Part shown: positions 16,729 through 25,950 of the stretch, piece by piece
Layout of the letters: every line of letters begins with the position of its first letter
Position numbering within the stretch: position 1 is the first letter of the stretch
Virus record (IMG/VR): IMGVR_UViG_3300045988_140747
DNA: 64,000 nt
Source of the DNA: a virus
Reading direction: 5' to 3' (one strand)
The notes under the pieces: generated by a model
What the model was told of the DNA's origin: nothing
What the model saw: the letters and a program-made list of their open reading frames with translations, nothing else
Databases searched by the model: none
Translations under genes and position numbers: made by a program

Positions 16729-16911
16729 ATGAAGGACTGTCTTATAAAATGTAAGAAGTGCAAGCACTACTATGCAATCATGATCGGGCCGGGAGGTGCT
16801 GGGTATAATCCCTATCCGTGCTGTCAGCTCTATACCGACACCGGAAAGCATCCTAATGTGCTCACTCAGGAGTGCTTCGAAAAAAGAACTGTAAGGAAGA
16901 AGGTGAAATAA
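16729..16911 (+). CDS. small Cys-rich protein (60 aa)
   Basis: CLIKCKKCKHYY...PCCQ. Confidence 0.55.
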   Translation: MKDCLIKCKKCKHYYAIMIGPGGAGYNPYPCCQLYTDTGKHPNVLTQECFEKRTVRKKVK

Positions 16912-17186
16912 TGTCCGCAATGAAAGCTGCTGCTATTTACCCGGAAATCATCAAAAGGTTCTCTGACTTTAATGATGGTCGTCTCGATGAATGGAATCGA
17001 TACGTTTCCGATGTAAAAGAGAGGTGCGAGTATCACGATTTTCTCACACGGATTTCTTGGGATCTCCTGCGTTTGTGTTTCACCTCCATGGAACTCTGCG
17101 AATGGTACAGGAAGTACAATATCAATGACAATCACATCACCACTGCCGTTCGGAAGGCGTATGTTGAAGTTTTCGGTCCTGTTTAA
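16911..17186 (+). CDS. hypothetical protein (91 aa)
   Basis: ATG 16911 in a TAATG overlap, inside ORF 16872..17186. Confidence 0.6.
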   Translation: MSAMKAAAIYPEIIKRFSDFNDGRLDEWNRYVSDVKERCEYHDFLTRISWDLLRLCFTSMELCEWYRKYNINDNHITTAVRKAYVEVFGPV

Positions 17187-17274
17187 CTCAAAAACGATAT
17201 AAAAGCCGTCGAACTTACATCTTTTACGTCTTTTTATGAAAGTATACTTTAATAAAATGGAAGGTTGGTAAATC

Positions 17275-17706
17275 ATGAAAAACGAATACATGGAACTTCA
17301 GAGCCGCCAGCAGATGGAATTTAATGAGCTGCCCCTCGGATTTGCTTTTAGCGATGAGCAGTTCAAGAAGATGATGGAGGGGTGGGGGCTTACCATCGGC
17401 GACACGGACAAAATCGCCCGCGTCGCTGGCGGCGCGTTCATCCAGAAAAGGGACCTTGACAGCTATCACGAAATTGTCAAGCGTTTTGATAAAGAACTGA
17501 AAGAAGCTATTGCCGCAGACAAAACTGGGGATGGCTTCATCTACCAGATGTTTTTGACAGAGCTTGAGAACCATGAGTACAGCTACACCGGAGATGCAGA
17601 GGACGCGCTTGATGCACTTGGCTACACTATTGATGAAATCTACGCCGATGATCTCCTGCGCCATGGTTTCGAAAAGGCCATCCAGAGAGCTGCAATGGAG
17701 GACTGA
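17275..17706 (+). CDS. hypothetical protein (143 aa)
   Basis: GGAAGG RBS. No motif recognised. Confidence 0.7.
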   Translation: MKNEYMELQSRQQMEFNELPLGFAFSDEQFKKMMEGWGLTIGDTDKIARVAGGAFIQKRDLDSYHEIVKRFDKELKEAIAADKTGDGFIYQMFLTELENHEYSYTGDAEDALDALGYTIDEIYADDLLRHGFEKAIQRAAMED

Positions 17707-17707
17707 A

Positions 17708-18031
17708 ATGGAAAACGCCGAAAAGAAATTCTGGACTCAGAAAGATTTCGATTACTCCAAAGTCAAAATTGGAGACTACGTCGAACAGGCGGTTGTTGAC
17801 GACGCTATGGACTGCCTCCCTCCCGCGAGCATGAGAAGCGACTGTTCGCAGCTCGGAGAGCCTTACTCCACCAGATTCGACCCTGAAAGCGGGAATTGGA
17901 GGTCAACCTACGCAACCTTCAAGCGCGTCTCTGGAGCTTTTCCCAATGGAATTTGGCAGTATTGCGGACATTGCTTTCGCGGAGAAAACGTCGAACGCGG
18001 CAAGGACCTCCAAGTGTGTAAAATTTCATGA
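17708..18031 (+). CDS. hypothetical protein (107 aa)
   Basis: ATG 17708 lies 2 nt after the previous stop, inside ORF 17564..18031. Confidence 0.65.
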   Translation: MENAEKKFWTQKDFDYSKVKIGDYVEQAVVDDAMDCLPPASMRSDCSQLGEPYSTRFDPESGNWRSTYATFKRVSGAFPNGIWQYCGHCFRGENVERGKDLQVCKIS

Positions 18032-18043
18032 TCCCGGATTGCC

Positions 18044-18072
18044 AATCGGAAATCAGCATTTCCGATTGTTTA
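18044..18072 (+). terminator. rho-independent terminator
   Basis: AATCGGAAAT (18044-18053), CAGC loop, ATTTCCGATT (18058-18067), then GTTTAAAAT. Confidence 0.6.
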
Positions 18073-18109
18073 AAATAACGTTGAAAATGTTGAAAGGTGG
18101 TTTTTAATC

Positions 18110-18430
18110 ATGGGCACCCCTAAAATTCCGTACACCATTCAGGCCGGCATAGCTGCATCTGTCAACAATGATGAAGCCGTACTCACAATTATGCAGAGCT
18201 GTATGCAGAGTGTCGTTAACGATGTCCTGCACGGTGTTGTTTACAAGTATAATCTTTTGGATCTTCCTCTCGTACTCGCTGCTGTCAAGCACGCCGTAAA
18301 TGGTCTTGAAACCCTGCTTGACGAAGACGACAAGATGATCGAAGAAACTGCTATGAAAGAGATCGGATGCGTCACCATTGACGCTTCAATGCTTCGAAAA
18401 CTGGCTAAAAAGGAGAAAGACGATGATTGA
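18110..18430 (+). CDS. hypothetical protein (106 aa)
   Basis: GAAAGGTGG RBS. Confidence 0.7.
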   Translation: MGTPKIPYTIQAGIAASVNNDEAVLTIMQSCMQSVVNDVLHGVVYKYNLLDLPLVLAAVKHAVNGLETLLDEDDKMIEETAMKEIGCVTIDASMLRKLAKKEKDDD

Positions 18431-18836
18431 TATGAAATTGATCGATGCCAATGCAGCCATTGAGAATGCAGACAAGCGTTATAACGAATGGAACCTTGCC
18501 ATGGCTGCGGCAGAAGGGAACCGGCAGATTAGCATGGTTTACAAAAAGCAGGAGCTTTTCAAGGCTGTGAAGAAAGTTATTGAAATCTGCCCGTCCATTG
18601 ACCTGGACAGCCTACGACCTGTGTCTGAGTGGGAGCTGAACCCGCATAGATTTTCCTGTGAGCACTTCCGATGCAAGAAATGCCACCACATCAACTGTGT
18701 GGCTGACAAATACTGCGGTGAGTGCGGTGCAAAGATGACGAATGCTGGCGTTAAGCCGGAGGATCTGCCCATTCCTGAAGAGGAACTCCCGAAAAGCTCC
18801 TCTGGATCTTGTGACTTTGAGGAGGTCGAGCTGTAA
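18423..18836 (+). CDS. hypothetical zinc-ribbon protein (137 aa)
   Basis: ATG 18423 follows AAGGAG. CKKCHH...CGECG. Confidence 0.65.
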   Translation: MIDMKLIDANAAIENADKRYNEWNLAMAAAEGNRQISMVYKKQELFKAVKKVIEICPSIDLDSLRPVSEWELNPHRFSCEHFRCKKCHHINCVADKYCGECGAKMTNAGVKPEDLPIPEEELPKSSSGSCDFEEVEL

Positions 18837-19498
18837 TGGGGCGTGAAGTTGTTGATGCCGAAACTCTTACAAAGTTTCTTGAGAACTGGATCAAAGATAT
18901 CAATGACGCTCCGTGCTGGGGTACTCAACGGGCCGCTGTCATGGGATCGGCAATTGGATTGCTCGAAAAAGTCCGCACGTTTGTAAAAGAGTCCAGCACA
19001 CCAGAGTTCGATAAAACCATCGGGCGAAAGATGGAGCCCCTGCAGGAGCGTGATGCTGCACTTGAACAGATCTGGAAGCAATTTGCGGATCATCCCATCA
19101 ACCCAGAAACGGAGAAAATTGAGGCCCCGTTTCTGCATCTGCCCATGAGTAACGATGACTACTTTGTTTCTTTTGATGCAGGAACCACGAAAGAAGACAT
19201 CTGGCGGTGGTTTGATGAACGGCACAGCAAAGGTGTCGTATATCTGCTTTATGGCAGACCGTTCTATGAAAAGGACCCCAATGAGGTATACCCTTTGAGA
19301 GAACTTGTCAAGCAGAATGTTCCGTTCCTACTGAGCGAGATTTTCCACATTCCCGATTCTGAGCTTGCACCGCATATCATTGAAGCCTGCGTAGATGATC
19401 TGTGCGAAAACAGCAATGCCATGTTCGATTACGATTCCATAGATGCACACATTCGTGGCACGTTGGCTGTGTTTGGTATAAATCCTGATGATTATTAA
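18836..19498 (+). CDS. hypothetical protein with WFDERHSKG module (220 aa)
   Basis: GAGGAGG RBS and TAATG overlap. Shares DIWRWFDERHSKGVVYLLY with 9209..9760. Confidence 0.75.
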   Translation: MGREVVDAETLTKFLENWIKDINDAPCWGTQRAAVMGSAIGLLEKVRTFVKESSTPEFDKTIGRKMEPLQERDAALEQIWKQFADHPINPETEKIEAPFLHLPMSNDDYFVSFDAGTTKEDIWRWFDERHSKGVVYLLYGRPFYEKDPNEVYPLRELVKQNVPFLLSEIFHIPDSELAPHIIEACVDDLCENSNAMFDYDSIDAHIRGTLAVFGINPDDY

Positions 19499-19518
19499 GA
19501 ATGATGGAGGACTCTCTG

Positions 19519-19980
19519 ATGGGTGCAATTGATAATACCCGCCTTGAAAACGACATGATCGATCACATGTGGTCGTTTCTGCAAATGGGCGGCTTAAAAT
19601 CCAACTATCCTGCTCTAAAGAGTGCCTGTATGGAACTGCGGCAGATGATGATGCAGAAAACCGCAGGACAGCGTAAAGATCGTCCGCATGACATTCCGTT
19701 TGACAATCTGGAGAGAGTTAAAGCAACAATCATAGTTGAAGCCATGGCTCTGGTTCTATCCGGTGATCTTGAGAACCAGCCGGTTGCAAAAGCCATGAGC
19801 GAGGAAGACCTTGAAGATATGGTGTCAGCTGCAAAGAAGAATGCTTCCGCCCTCAAAGATTTCTGTTTCGAATGGGACTGCTCTGTATGTCCATTTGAAG
19901 AGAGCCAAAAGAAATGTGTTATTCAAACTCCTGCCAGTTGGGATCTTCGTAGATGTGAACTTTTTAAGGAGGAGCGGTAA
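19519..19980 (+). CDS. hypothetical protein (153 aa)
   Basis: ATG 19519 lies 8 nt after GGAGG (19506-19510). ATG 19501 lacks an RBS. Confidence 0.65.
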   Translation: MGAIDNTRLENDMIDHMWSFLQMGGLKSNYPALKSACMELRQMMMQKTAGQRKDRPHDIPFDNLERVKATIIVEAMALVLSGDLENQPVAKAMSEEDLEDMVSAAKKNASALKDFCFEWDCSVCPFEESQKKCVIQTPASWDLRRCELFKEER

Positions 19981-20240
19981 TGACGATCTTGAACTTCTCT
20001 CGTGAAGAAAGAGGCTGCTGTGGACGTGCCGATGTCCGGCTCACGGAAGCCGAAGTAAGGATCCTGAGCAATATTCTTTATAGAATGGACAGCCACGATG
20101 GGGACGTTACTCAAGCGCTCAACAAAGATTTTTTCGTACTGAGGGAACTTCTGCATCATGGCTGGTTTGATAGGCCTGCCATCGAGATTCTTTGTAAAAC
20201 AGCAAAAATTGAAAGGAAGGTAAAAAATGACAATCAATAA
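19980..20240 (+). CDS. hypothetical protein (86 aa)
   Basis: AAGGAGGAG RBS and TAATG overlap. Confidence 0.7.
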   Translation: MTILNFSREERGCCGRADVRLTEAEVRILSNILYRMDSHDGDVTQALNKDFFVLRELLHHGWFDRPAIEILCKTAKIERKVKNDNQ

Positions 20241-20838
20241 AATAAGATACGAGCCTGGGGATATAGTCACTCTGGCAGGAACTGAGTTTGTTGTGCTGGA
20301 TGTTGAGCGTCGTGGCAGCCTGCCGGACAGCCTGTTCCTGCTGGCGCTGGAATCGGTTGGTGCTTCTGAATTTGGCAGCTCTAACAACTACGCAGAGAGC
20401 GATCTGAAGAAGGCCGTGGACAAGTGGTTGGAGGACATGGGCAAGAGGGGCCTCGACAATGCCAAGCTCATCCCCCGCGAGATCGACCTGACCACGCTGG
20501 ACGGTTCCGGCTGCTATGGGAAGTTGTCGGTGAAGGCTGCGCAGCTTACACTGGATGAAGCTCGCGAGTACGCTAGCATCATCCCCAATGCGGAGAGGTG
20601 GTGCTGGCTGGCGACCGGTTGGAGCGGTCCCAGCAAGTCGGACGGTGATCTCGCCCTGTTCGTCTACTTCAATGGCGTCTGGGGCTACGACCGCTGCTCC
20701 TTCTCTGGCGGCATCCGCCCCGCTTTGAAAATCCCCGCTGACCTCTTGCATTACTCTGCGGACAAGTCAGACTTGAGCGAGGTCTCGACAGACACGTTGG
20801 AGAGAGGGGGTGAAGATACAGATGATGCGTCTCGTTGA
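20227..20838 (+). CDS. DUF6273-like protein (203 aa)
   Basis: WCWLATGW...GIRPALKI ending is typical of that Firmicutes family. Recognition from memory only. Confidence 0.55.
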   Translation: MTINKIRYEPGDIVTLAGTEFVVLDVERRGSLPDSLFLLALESVGASEFGSSNNYAESDLKKAVDKWLEDMGKRGLDNAKLIPREIDLTTLDGSGCYGKLSVKAAQLTLDEAREYASIIPNAERWCWLATGWSGPSKSDGDLALFVYFNGVWGYDRCSFSGGIRPALKIPADLLHYSADKSDLSEVSTDTLERGGEDTDDASR

Positions 20839-21172
20839 TGTAAACTCCTACAAGCGCATTTTGGAGGGCTGGCTCTCTGGGGTGCACTCCGGTGGGGACG
20901 AACAGGAAAACGCAGAAGGCCTGTCAATTTCCAACTGCATCCGCCAGCTTGATGACGCTCCCACTATTGACGCCGAGCCCGTCGTACGCTGCAAGGACTG
21001 TGAACACTTCAAGAACTACGGAAAGACATCTTTGCTCGCCGATGGAAAGAACATCAAGGCGGGGTGGTGCTACAGACGGATTCGGTATGATGAGGAGTAC
21101 AGGATGCAGCCGGACGATTTCTGCTCATACGGGAAAAGAAGGAATGGAGGTAATGGCAATGCGAAAAATTGA
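20822..21172 (+). CDS. hypothetical protein (116 aa)
   Basis: ATG 20822 follows GAGAGGGGG and overlaps the previous gene by 17 nt. Confidence 0.6.
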   Translation: MMRLVDVNSYKRILEGWLSGVHSGGDEQENAEGLSISNCIRQLDDAPTIDAEPVVRCKDCEHFKNYGKTSLLADGKNIKAGWCYRRIRYDEEYRMQPDDFCSYGKRRNGGNGNAKN

Positions 21173-21189
21173 GGATACGGAGGAGCAGA

Positions 21190-21753
21190 ATGAGCACTGA
21201 ACACAAAGCTGTCCTCCTGAGTATCCGACCTGAGTGGTGCAGCCGTATCTTTTCGGGCCGGAAAACGGTGGAAATCCGTAAGACAAGACCGGTCTCGTTG
21301 AAAGAACCTTTTAAGTGCTACATATATTGCACGAAAGGAACGAAATTTTTCTGCTGGAAAGCCGTTGACCATTTATATTTCGACGATAGGTCTCATAATC
21401 TATTCGACCGCAGGGCTGACGGAATGGTTGTCGGCGAATTTATCTGCGATGATATTCAATGCATAGGCCCTGAAGAATGTGTTGTGAAAGAGGACATCGA
21501 ATCTGCGATTGCTGGAAGTTGTCTCACTGTTCAGCAGGTCAAGGACTATGCCAGATGGAAGTACGGGATGCGATATGTAGATTTGAAAGACTTGTACGGG
21601 TGGCACATCTCTGACTTGAAGATCTACGATGTGCCGCGCGAACTGCAGAGCTTTACTGGCTTGCAGAAAACGAGATTCGGTTTGCGAGAAGTCGAGATTA
21701 CCAGAGCACCGCAAAGTTGGTGCTATGTTGAAGAAAGGAGTGACCTCAAATGA
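21190..21753 (+). CDS. ASCH (PUA-like, RNA-binding fold) domain protein (187 aa)
   Basis: ATG 21190 follows GGAGGAG. N-terminus AVLLSIRPEWCSRIFSGRKTVEIRKTRP matches the ASCH opening (siKPewaekIlsGeKtvEfRk). Confidence 0.6.
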   Translation: MSTEHKAVLLSIRPEWCSRIFSGRKTVEIRKTRPVSLKEPFKCYIYCTKGTKFFCWKAVDHLYFDDRSHNLFDRRADGMVVGEFICDDIQCIGPEECVVKEDIESAIAGSCLTVQQVKDYARWKYGMRYVDLKDLYGWHISDLKIYDVPRELQSFTGLQKTRFGLREVEITRAPQSWCYVEERSDLK

Positions 21754-21902
21754 TGGCATTTGCTATTGCCTATGCTTCTGAATGGCTTTCTGTTGGAATT
21801 GCGGTATCAACCGCAATTCGTGTTACAGGTAATTGGAAGCTGCTGTGGTTCTTTTTAATTCCTGCATTTTTAGGACCCAGCTATCACCATACCGAAGGTT
21901 GA
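21750..21902 (+). CDS. small hydrophobic protein (50 aa)
   Basis: Below ORF-track cutoff. ATGA overlap and AAGGAG 9 nt upstream. Two hydrophobic stretches (MMAFAIAYASEWLSVGIAVSTAI, LLWFFLIPAFLG). Confidence 0.45.
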   Translation: MMAFAIAYASEWLSVGIAVSTAIRVTGNWKLLWFFLIPAFLGPSYHHTEG

Positions 21903-21916
21903 AAAGGAGAACCATT

Positions 21917-22585
21917 ATGGAAAATTTCAGGTTTGACGGAGTTGATTGCTTTGAAGATTCTTCTGAAGCTGATGAAATCATTCGGGATGCTGTAGAAAAG
22001 CTTCAGGCACTCATGACCGATAGAGCAAAGGAACTCGTCACTGATTACACCAAAGCGTCATCCAATCTTGACCAACTCCGCCGGGAAATCCACTATGCCA
22101 AGGCCGAAAAGAAGCGCGTTCAGGAAGAACTCGAACGTGCAAAAGCCTGTCTCAGCAATTATAAAAGCAACGATTTCCCTCGTGAGCTTGTCCAGAAAAT
22201 GGCGAAAGCCGTTTGCGGAGATTTTGCTCCCGGAGACGAAGTTTGGATTATTAACGGCAACTATAACTCAATGCCATGCTCTTTTTGCCACGAACTCGGA
22301 CAGATTTTCGTTACATTTCCTGATGGCTCAGCTGGTAGCATTAGATGTCCGAAATGCGAAGGACATAAGAAGATTTCTCACTTTCAACACCGAACGGAAA
22401 AGACAAAAATCTCGGAAATTTACATGAAGCTGTGTTTCCGTTCTGATCGGGTTAGTTACTGGGACACGGATACGATCAGAGTTTCAGGATCTGAAACCAG
22501 AGTGCCGCTTGACAACATTTTCAAAACTGAAGAAGAAGCGCAAAAACGCGCTGATGAACTGAACGAAAAGGAACAAAACAAATGA
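21917..22585 (+). CDS. hypothetical coiled-coil / zinc-ribbon protein (222 aa)
   Basis: ATG 21917 follows AAAGGAGA. CSFCHE...CPKCEG. Confidence 0.7.
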   Translation: MENFRFDGVDCFEDSSEADEIIRDAVEKLQALMTDRAKELVTDYTKASSNLDQLRREIHYAKAEKKRVQEELERAKACLSNYKSNDFPRELVQKMAKAVCGDFAPGDEVWIINGNYNSMPCSFCHELGQIFVTFPDGSAGSIRCPKCEGHKKISHFQHRTEKTKISEIYMKLCFRSDRVSYWDTDTIRVSGSETRVPLDNIFKTEEEAQKRADELNEKEQNK

Positions 22586-23142
22586 AATGGATTGAACAGA
22601 TTACGCCAAAGCAGATGACCGAAGAACTGGGAATTCCGTATCATGGCTGGATGCGCGAAATGGATCGTTGCTGGTCTGACGAGAACAGCCAGTATTGTGT
22701 TACATCCCGGCTTCTTCGCACCGAATTGGGAAAGGTTGAGCATGTCTGCATCACGTCGGTCAATGGCTGTGGAAAGTCTGATGGATCCGGGGATATCCCT
22801 TGGGCCGTAAAGCAGGAAATCAAGAATGACCTGTTTGGAGAGAAGCGCTGCGCCATTGAAGTGTTCCCAACCCAAAATAGGCTGGTTGACATGGCCGACT
22901 GCTATCACCTGTGGGTGTTCGAAAAAGGATTTGAGCTTCCGTTCGGCATTCATCCAAAAGACAAGAAGACCACTCCCGTCAACCGTGGTAGCACCCGGAT
23001 GCGTTGTGTCACCAGCGATGGTCGAGAGATCAGCATGAAGGACATGCTCGAAAATACTGGTTCTCTCGGCGTAATGCATGATACCTATGCCGATGGAATG
23101 ATGAATTTTCTTGCCAATAATCAGCTGAAAGGATCAGTATGA
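22582..23142 (+). CDS. hypothetical protein (186 aa)
   Basis: ATGA overlap with the previous gene. Confidence 0.7.
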   Translation: MKWIEQITPKQMTEELGIPYHGWMREMDRCWSDENSQYCVTSRLLRTELGKVEHVCITSVNGCGKSDGSGDIPWAVKQEIKNDLFGEKRCAIEVFPTQNRLVDMADCYHLWVFEKGFELPFGIHPKDKKTTPVNRGSTRMRCVTSDGREISMKDMLENTGSLGVMHDTYADGMMNFLANNQLKGSV

Positions 23143-23459
23143 AACGGATAGTTGATGTTCAGCCACTCATCGACAAGGTTGTGAGCTGCATTCGTACCGA
23201 TGTGCCAAATCCGAAAATCAGCCTCGGAGAATGTCTTTATCATCTGCAGTCTCTTCCCGTGATTTCTGATGACAGAAGTTCGGAGAAGCCTGTCGGCGAG
23301 TGGCTTGTCAGAAAGAGCACTACCTCATCTCTTTTTAGAGAATGCCCGTATTGTGGAAAAAAGTTGTACCCCATGCCAGGGCTGTTGGACACAAAATTTT
23401 GCCCTCGGTGTGGAGTCCGTCTCAAAGAAATGTCTGCGAAGGAGTTTGAAAATGGCTAA
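23139..23459 (+). CDS. hypothetical zinc-ribbon protein (106 aa)
   Basis: ATGA overlap. CPYCGK...CPRCG. Confidence 0.7.
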   Translation: MKRIVDVQPLIDKVVSCIRTDVPNPKISLGECLYHLQSLPVISDDRSSEKPVGEWLVRKSTTSSLFRECPYCGKKLYPMPGLLDTKFCPRCGVRLKEMSAKEFENG

Positions 23460-23742
23460 TTTCATCAAAGAATCCGCTCTCGATAATATTCGGAATCTCG
23501 CCAAACAGTATGCTGCCATTGGGGATGACCGGTGTGCTCAGCTTCTTGATGCTCTTGCAGAATCCACTCACAATGTCAGCATGGTGAGCGATTCCGAGAT
23601 CCTCAAGAAGACCTCAACGCGCGATCTCGTCAAAGAACTCGAATCTAGGACCGATGTGGTTAGGACAACGTGTGTTGATCCTTATGACGTTGGTCATTTC
23701 AGCGTTGAAGGGCCGGCAGTTGTACTGGAAATCGTTGACTAA
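23452..23742 (+). CDS. hypothetical protein (96 aa)
   Basis: ATG 23452 follows AAGGAG (23440-23445), inside ORF 23269..23742. Confidence 0.6.
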   Translation: MANFIKESALDNIRNLAKQYAAIGDDRCAQLLDALAESTHNVSMVSDSEILKKTSTRDLVKELESRTDVVRTTCVDPYDVGHFSVEGPAVVLEIVD

Positions 23743-23755
23743 GGACGGTATACTT

Positions 23756-24211
23756 ATGATTATTATTGGATACCCGGGGATCGGCAAAAGCTCCTATGTG
23801 AGACGCAATGTCTGCGCAATTGATCTTGAAAGCAGTTGCTTTCAAAAAGAAAGCAACTTGGCTGTATCGTACTGCAATGTTGCCATTGATCTTGCAAACC
23901 AGGGTTTTGATGTGTTCGTATCATCACATGATGCCGTAAGAAAGGCGCTCATTGCCTCTGGCTATGATGAACTGTTTGCAATCTATCCTTCTATCGACAT
24001 GGAAAAGCAGTGGGTGACTCGGCTTTATGATCGATATTGGATGACCGGCCTCGAAAAAGATCGGAGAGCCTTTGAGCGAGCGAAAACGCGCTACAGTGCT
24101 GACGTTGCCGCGATTGAAAAAGATGTTCTTAGAATGCGCGGATGGTACGAAATCAAAGAACTGGATTACAGGCTTGAAGACATCATTGAACATTTCCGCT
24201 ACATTTGCTGA
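23756..24211 (+). CDS. P-loop NTPase, nucleotide/polynucleotide-kinase-like (151 aa)
   Basis: N-terminal MIIIGYPGIGKSSY is a Walker A motif at the extreme N-terminus, as in small kinases (compare the T4 Pnk kinase-domain opening). Lies immediately upstream of rtcB. Confidence 0.5.
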   Translation: MIIIGYPGIGKSSYVRRNVCAIDLESSCFQKESNLAVSYCNVAIDLANQGFDVFVSSHDAVRKALIASGYDELFAIYPSIDMEKQWVTRLYDRYWMTGLEKDRRAFERAKTRYSADVAAIEKDVLRMRGWYEIKELDYRLEDIIEHFRYIC

Positions 24212-24229
24212 TAATACAAGGAGAAACGC

Positions 24230-25456
24230 ATGGAAAAAGCAGTTGAAGTCTGCGGAAAGTACACATCCGCAAAGATTTTTACCCATGACTACGATGAGAG
24301 ATCGTTTCAGCAGATCAAGGAGTTCTGTGATAACCCTGCTGCCGCCGGGAACAAAGTTCGCATCATGCCAGATGTACATGCCGGCGCAGGCTGCGTCATT
24401 GGATTCACGGCTGAGTATACCGACAAGATCGTACCCCATGTGATAGGGGTCGATATTGGATGTGGTATGTTAGCCGTAGATCTCGGAATGCGAGACATTG
24501 ATCTCGATGAACTTGATCGGCTTATTCGTGAGCGTATTCCTGCAGGATTCAACGTTCATGACGAGCCAACCATGTCTACCGGAATCCTTGATGGATTGTG
24601 CTGTAGAGACAAGCTTCATAACATTGATCGGATTGAAAGAAGCGTCGGCACGCTTGGAGGAGGAAATCACTTCATTGAACTTGATGTCGATGATGAAGGC
24701 CGAAAGTATCTCGTTATTCATACCGGAAGCCGGAATCTCGGAAAGCAAGTGGCAGACTACTACCAGAATCTTGCCATTTCAAACCTGAAGGGAAAGAACA
24801 AGACTGCTGAAGAGAAAAAAGAGCTTATCCGAAAACTTTCTGCTGAAGGCCGACAGAAGGATATCGCAGAAGCTTTAAAGGCCATCAAGCATGATTCTTC
24901 CGAAGAAATACCCGACCATCTGTGCTATCTTGAGGGCCAAGATATGAAGGAATATCTCGGCGATATGGGGCTGTGCCAATACGTTGCAAGCTTAAACCGC
25001 GGGAAAATACTCCTATCCATCCTCGGAGGACTCAGCCTGCTCAACATCTATCAAGACAGTTCCGTGTTTGAAACTATCCATAACTATATCGATAGCCATG
25101 GAATCATCAGAAAAGGGGCTGTTTCCGCCAAGGCAGGGGAGAAGCTCTTGATCCCGCTGAACATGCGAGACGGAAGTTTGATCTGCATCGGTAAAGGAAA
25201 CCCGGACTGGAACTTTTCTGCTCCGCACGGTGCCGGAAGGCTGTATAGCAGGAAGAAAGCCCGTGAGACATTTAGCGTCGAAGAATATCGGAAGCAGATG
25301 AATGGCATTTTCACCACTTCTGCCGATGCATCTACCCTTGATGAGTGCCCTATGGCCTATAAACCTGCAGATGAGATCATTGAAGCCATCGGCTCGACTG
25401 CGGAGATTGTGAAGCGCATTCGACCGATCTACAATTTCAAAGCAGGAGGCGAATGA
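24230..25456 (+). CDS. rtcB: RNA 3'-phosphate/5'-OH ligase RtcB (408 aa)
   Basis: Hallmark RtcB motifs: MPDVHAGAGCVIGF, GGGNHFIEL, SAPHGAGR. Length matches bacterial RtcB. AAGGAG RBS. Confidence 0.9.
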   Translation: MEKAVEVCGKYTSAKIFTHDYDERSFQQIKEFCDNPAAAGNKVRIMPDVHAGAGCVIGFTAEYTDKIVPHVIGVDIGCGMLAVDLGMRDIDLDELDRLIRERIPAGFNVHDEPTMSTGILDGLCCRDKLHNIDRIERSVGTLGGGNHFIELDVDDEGRKYLVIHTGSRNLGKQVADYYQNLAISNLKGKNKTAEEKKELIRKLSAEGRQKDIAEALKAIKHDSSEEIPDHLCYLEGQDMKEYLGDMGLCQYVASLNRGKILLSILGGLSLLNIYQDSSVFETIHNYIDSHGIIRKGAVSAKAGEKLLIPLNMRDGSLICIGKGNPDWNFSAPHGAGRLYSRKKARETFSVEEYRKQMNGIFTTSADASTLDECPMAYKPADEIIEAIGSTAEIVKRIRPIYNFKAGGE

Positions 25457-25458
25457 GC

Positions 25459-25776
25459 ATGTGTAAGTGGTGCGGACGACCTCAGTGCGCCTTAACGAAA
25501 CGGCAGGCTATCAAGCACGGTCCGATTCTTGAGGATAATGTTTCTTTGATGATGCGCCTGCCGTACAATTGCTACCCAGGAACATACTGCTTTCAAGGCG
25601 TTCCTGCGTATTACAGCTTGAGTGCACTAATTCCTGATGAGGATGAAGAGGATCCTCATGCTTACATAAGATTTGTGTATGATGAAGATATCGATGCTCC
25701 TGACGGATGGGAGTGCCGAGAGGTTCTTGATCCTCTTGAATGGAAAACTGAGGCCGAGATTCAAAAGGCTCTTTGA
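25459..25776 (+). CDS. hypothetical protein (105 aa)
   Basis: ATG 25459 lies 9 nt after AGGAGG. ATG 25453 is in frame but only 3 nt from the RBS. Confidence 0.6.
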   Translation: MCKWCGRPQCALTKRQAIKHGPILEDNVSLMMRLPYNCYPGTYCFQGVPAYYSLSALIPDEDEEDPHAYIRFVYDEDIDAPDGWECREVLDPLEWKTEAEIQKAL

Positions 25777-25950
25777 GGAAAGTTTTTCCAAACGCTTTAT
25801 TGAACGACCCGCTGATTGTAGAATAGTAATCTGCGGTGAACAAAGGGCCTTGCCCAGCATTCACATCGAACCGAAAGGTTCGCCGTCACGCCAAAGGACC
25901 ATTTCCCGGTGTATGGATGCTAAACGTCGTGAAAGGAACGGTACTTAAAA

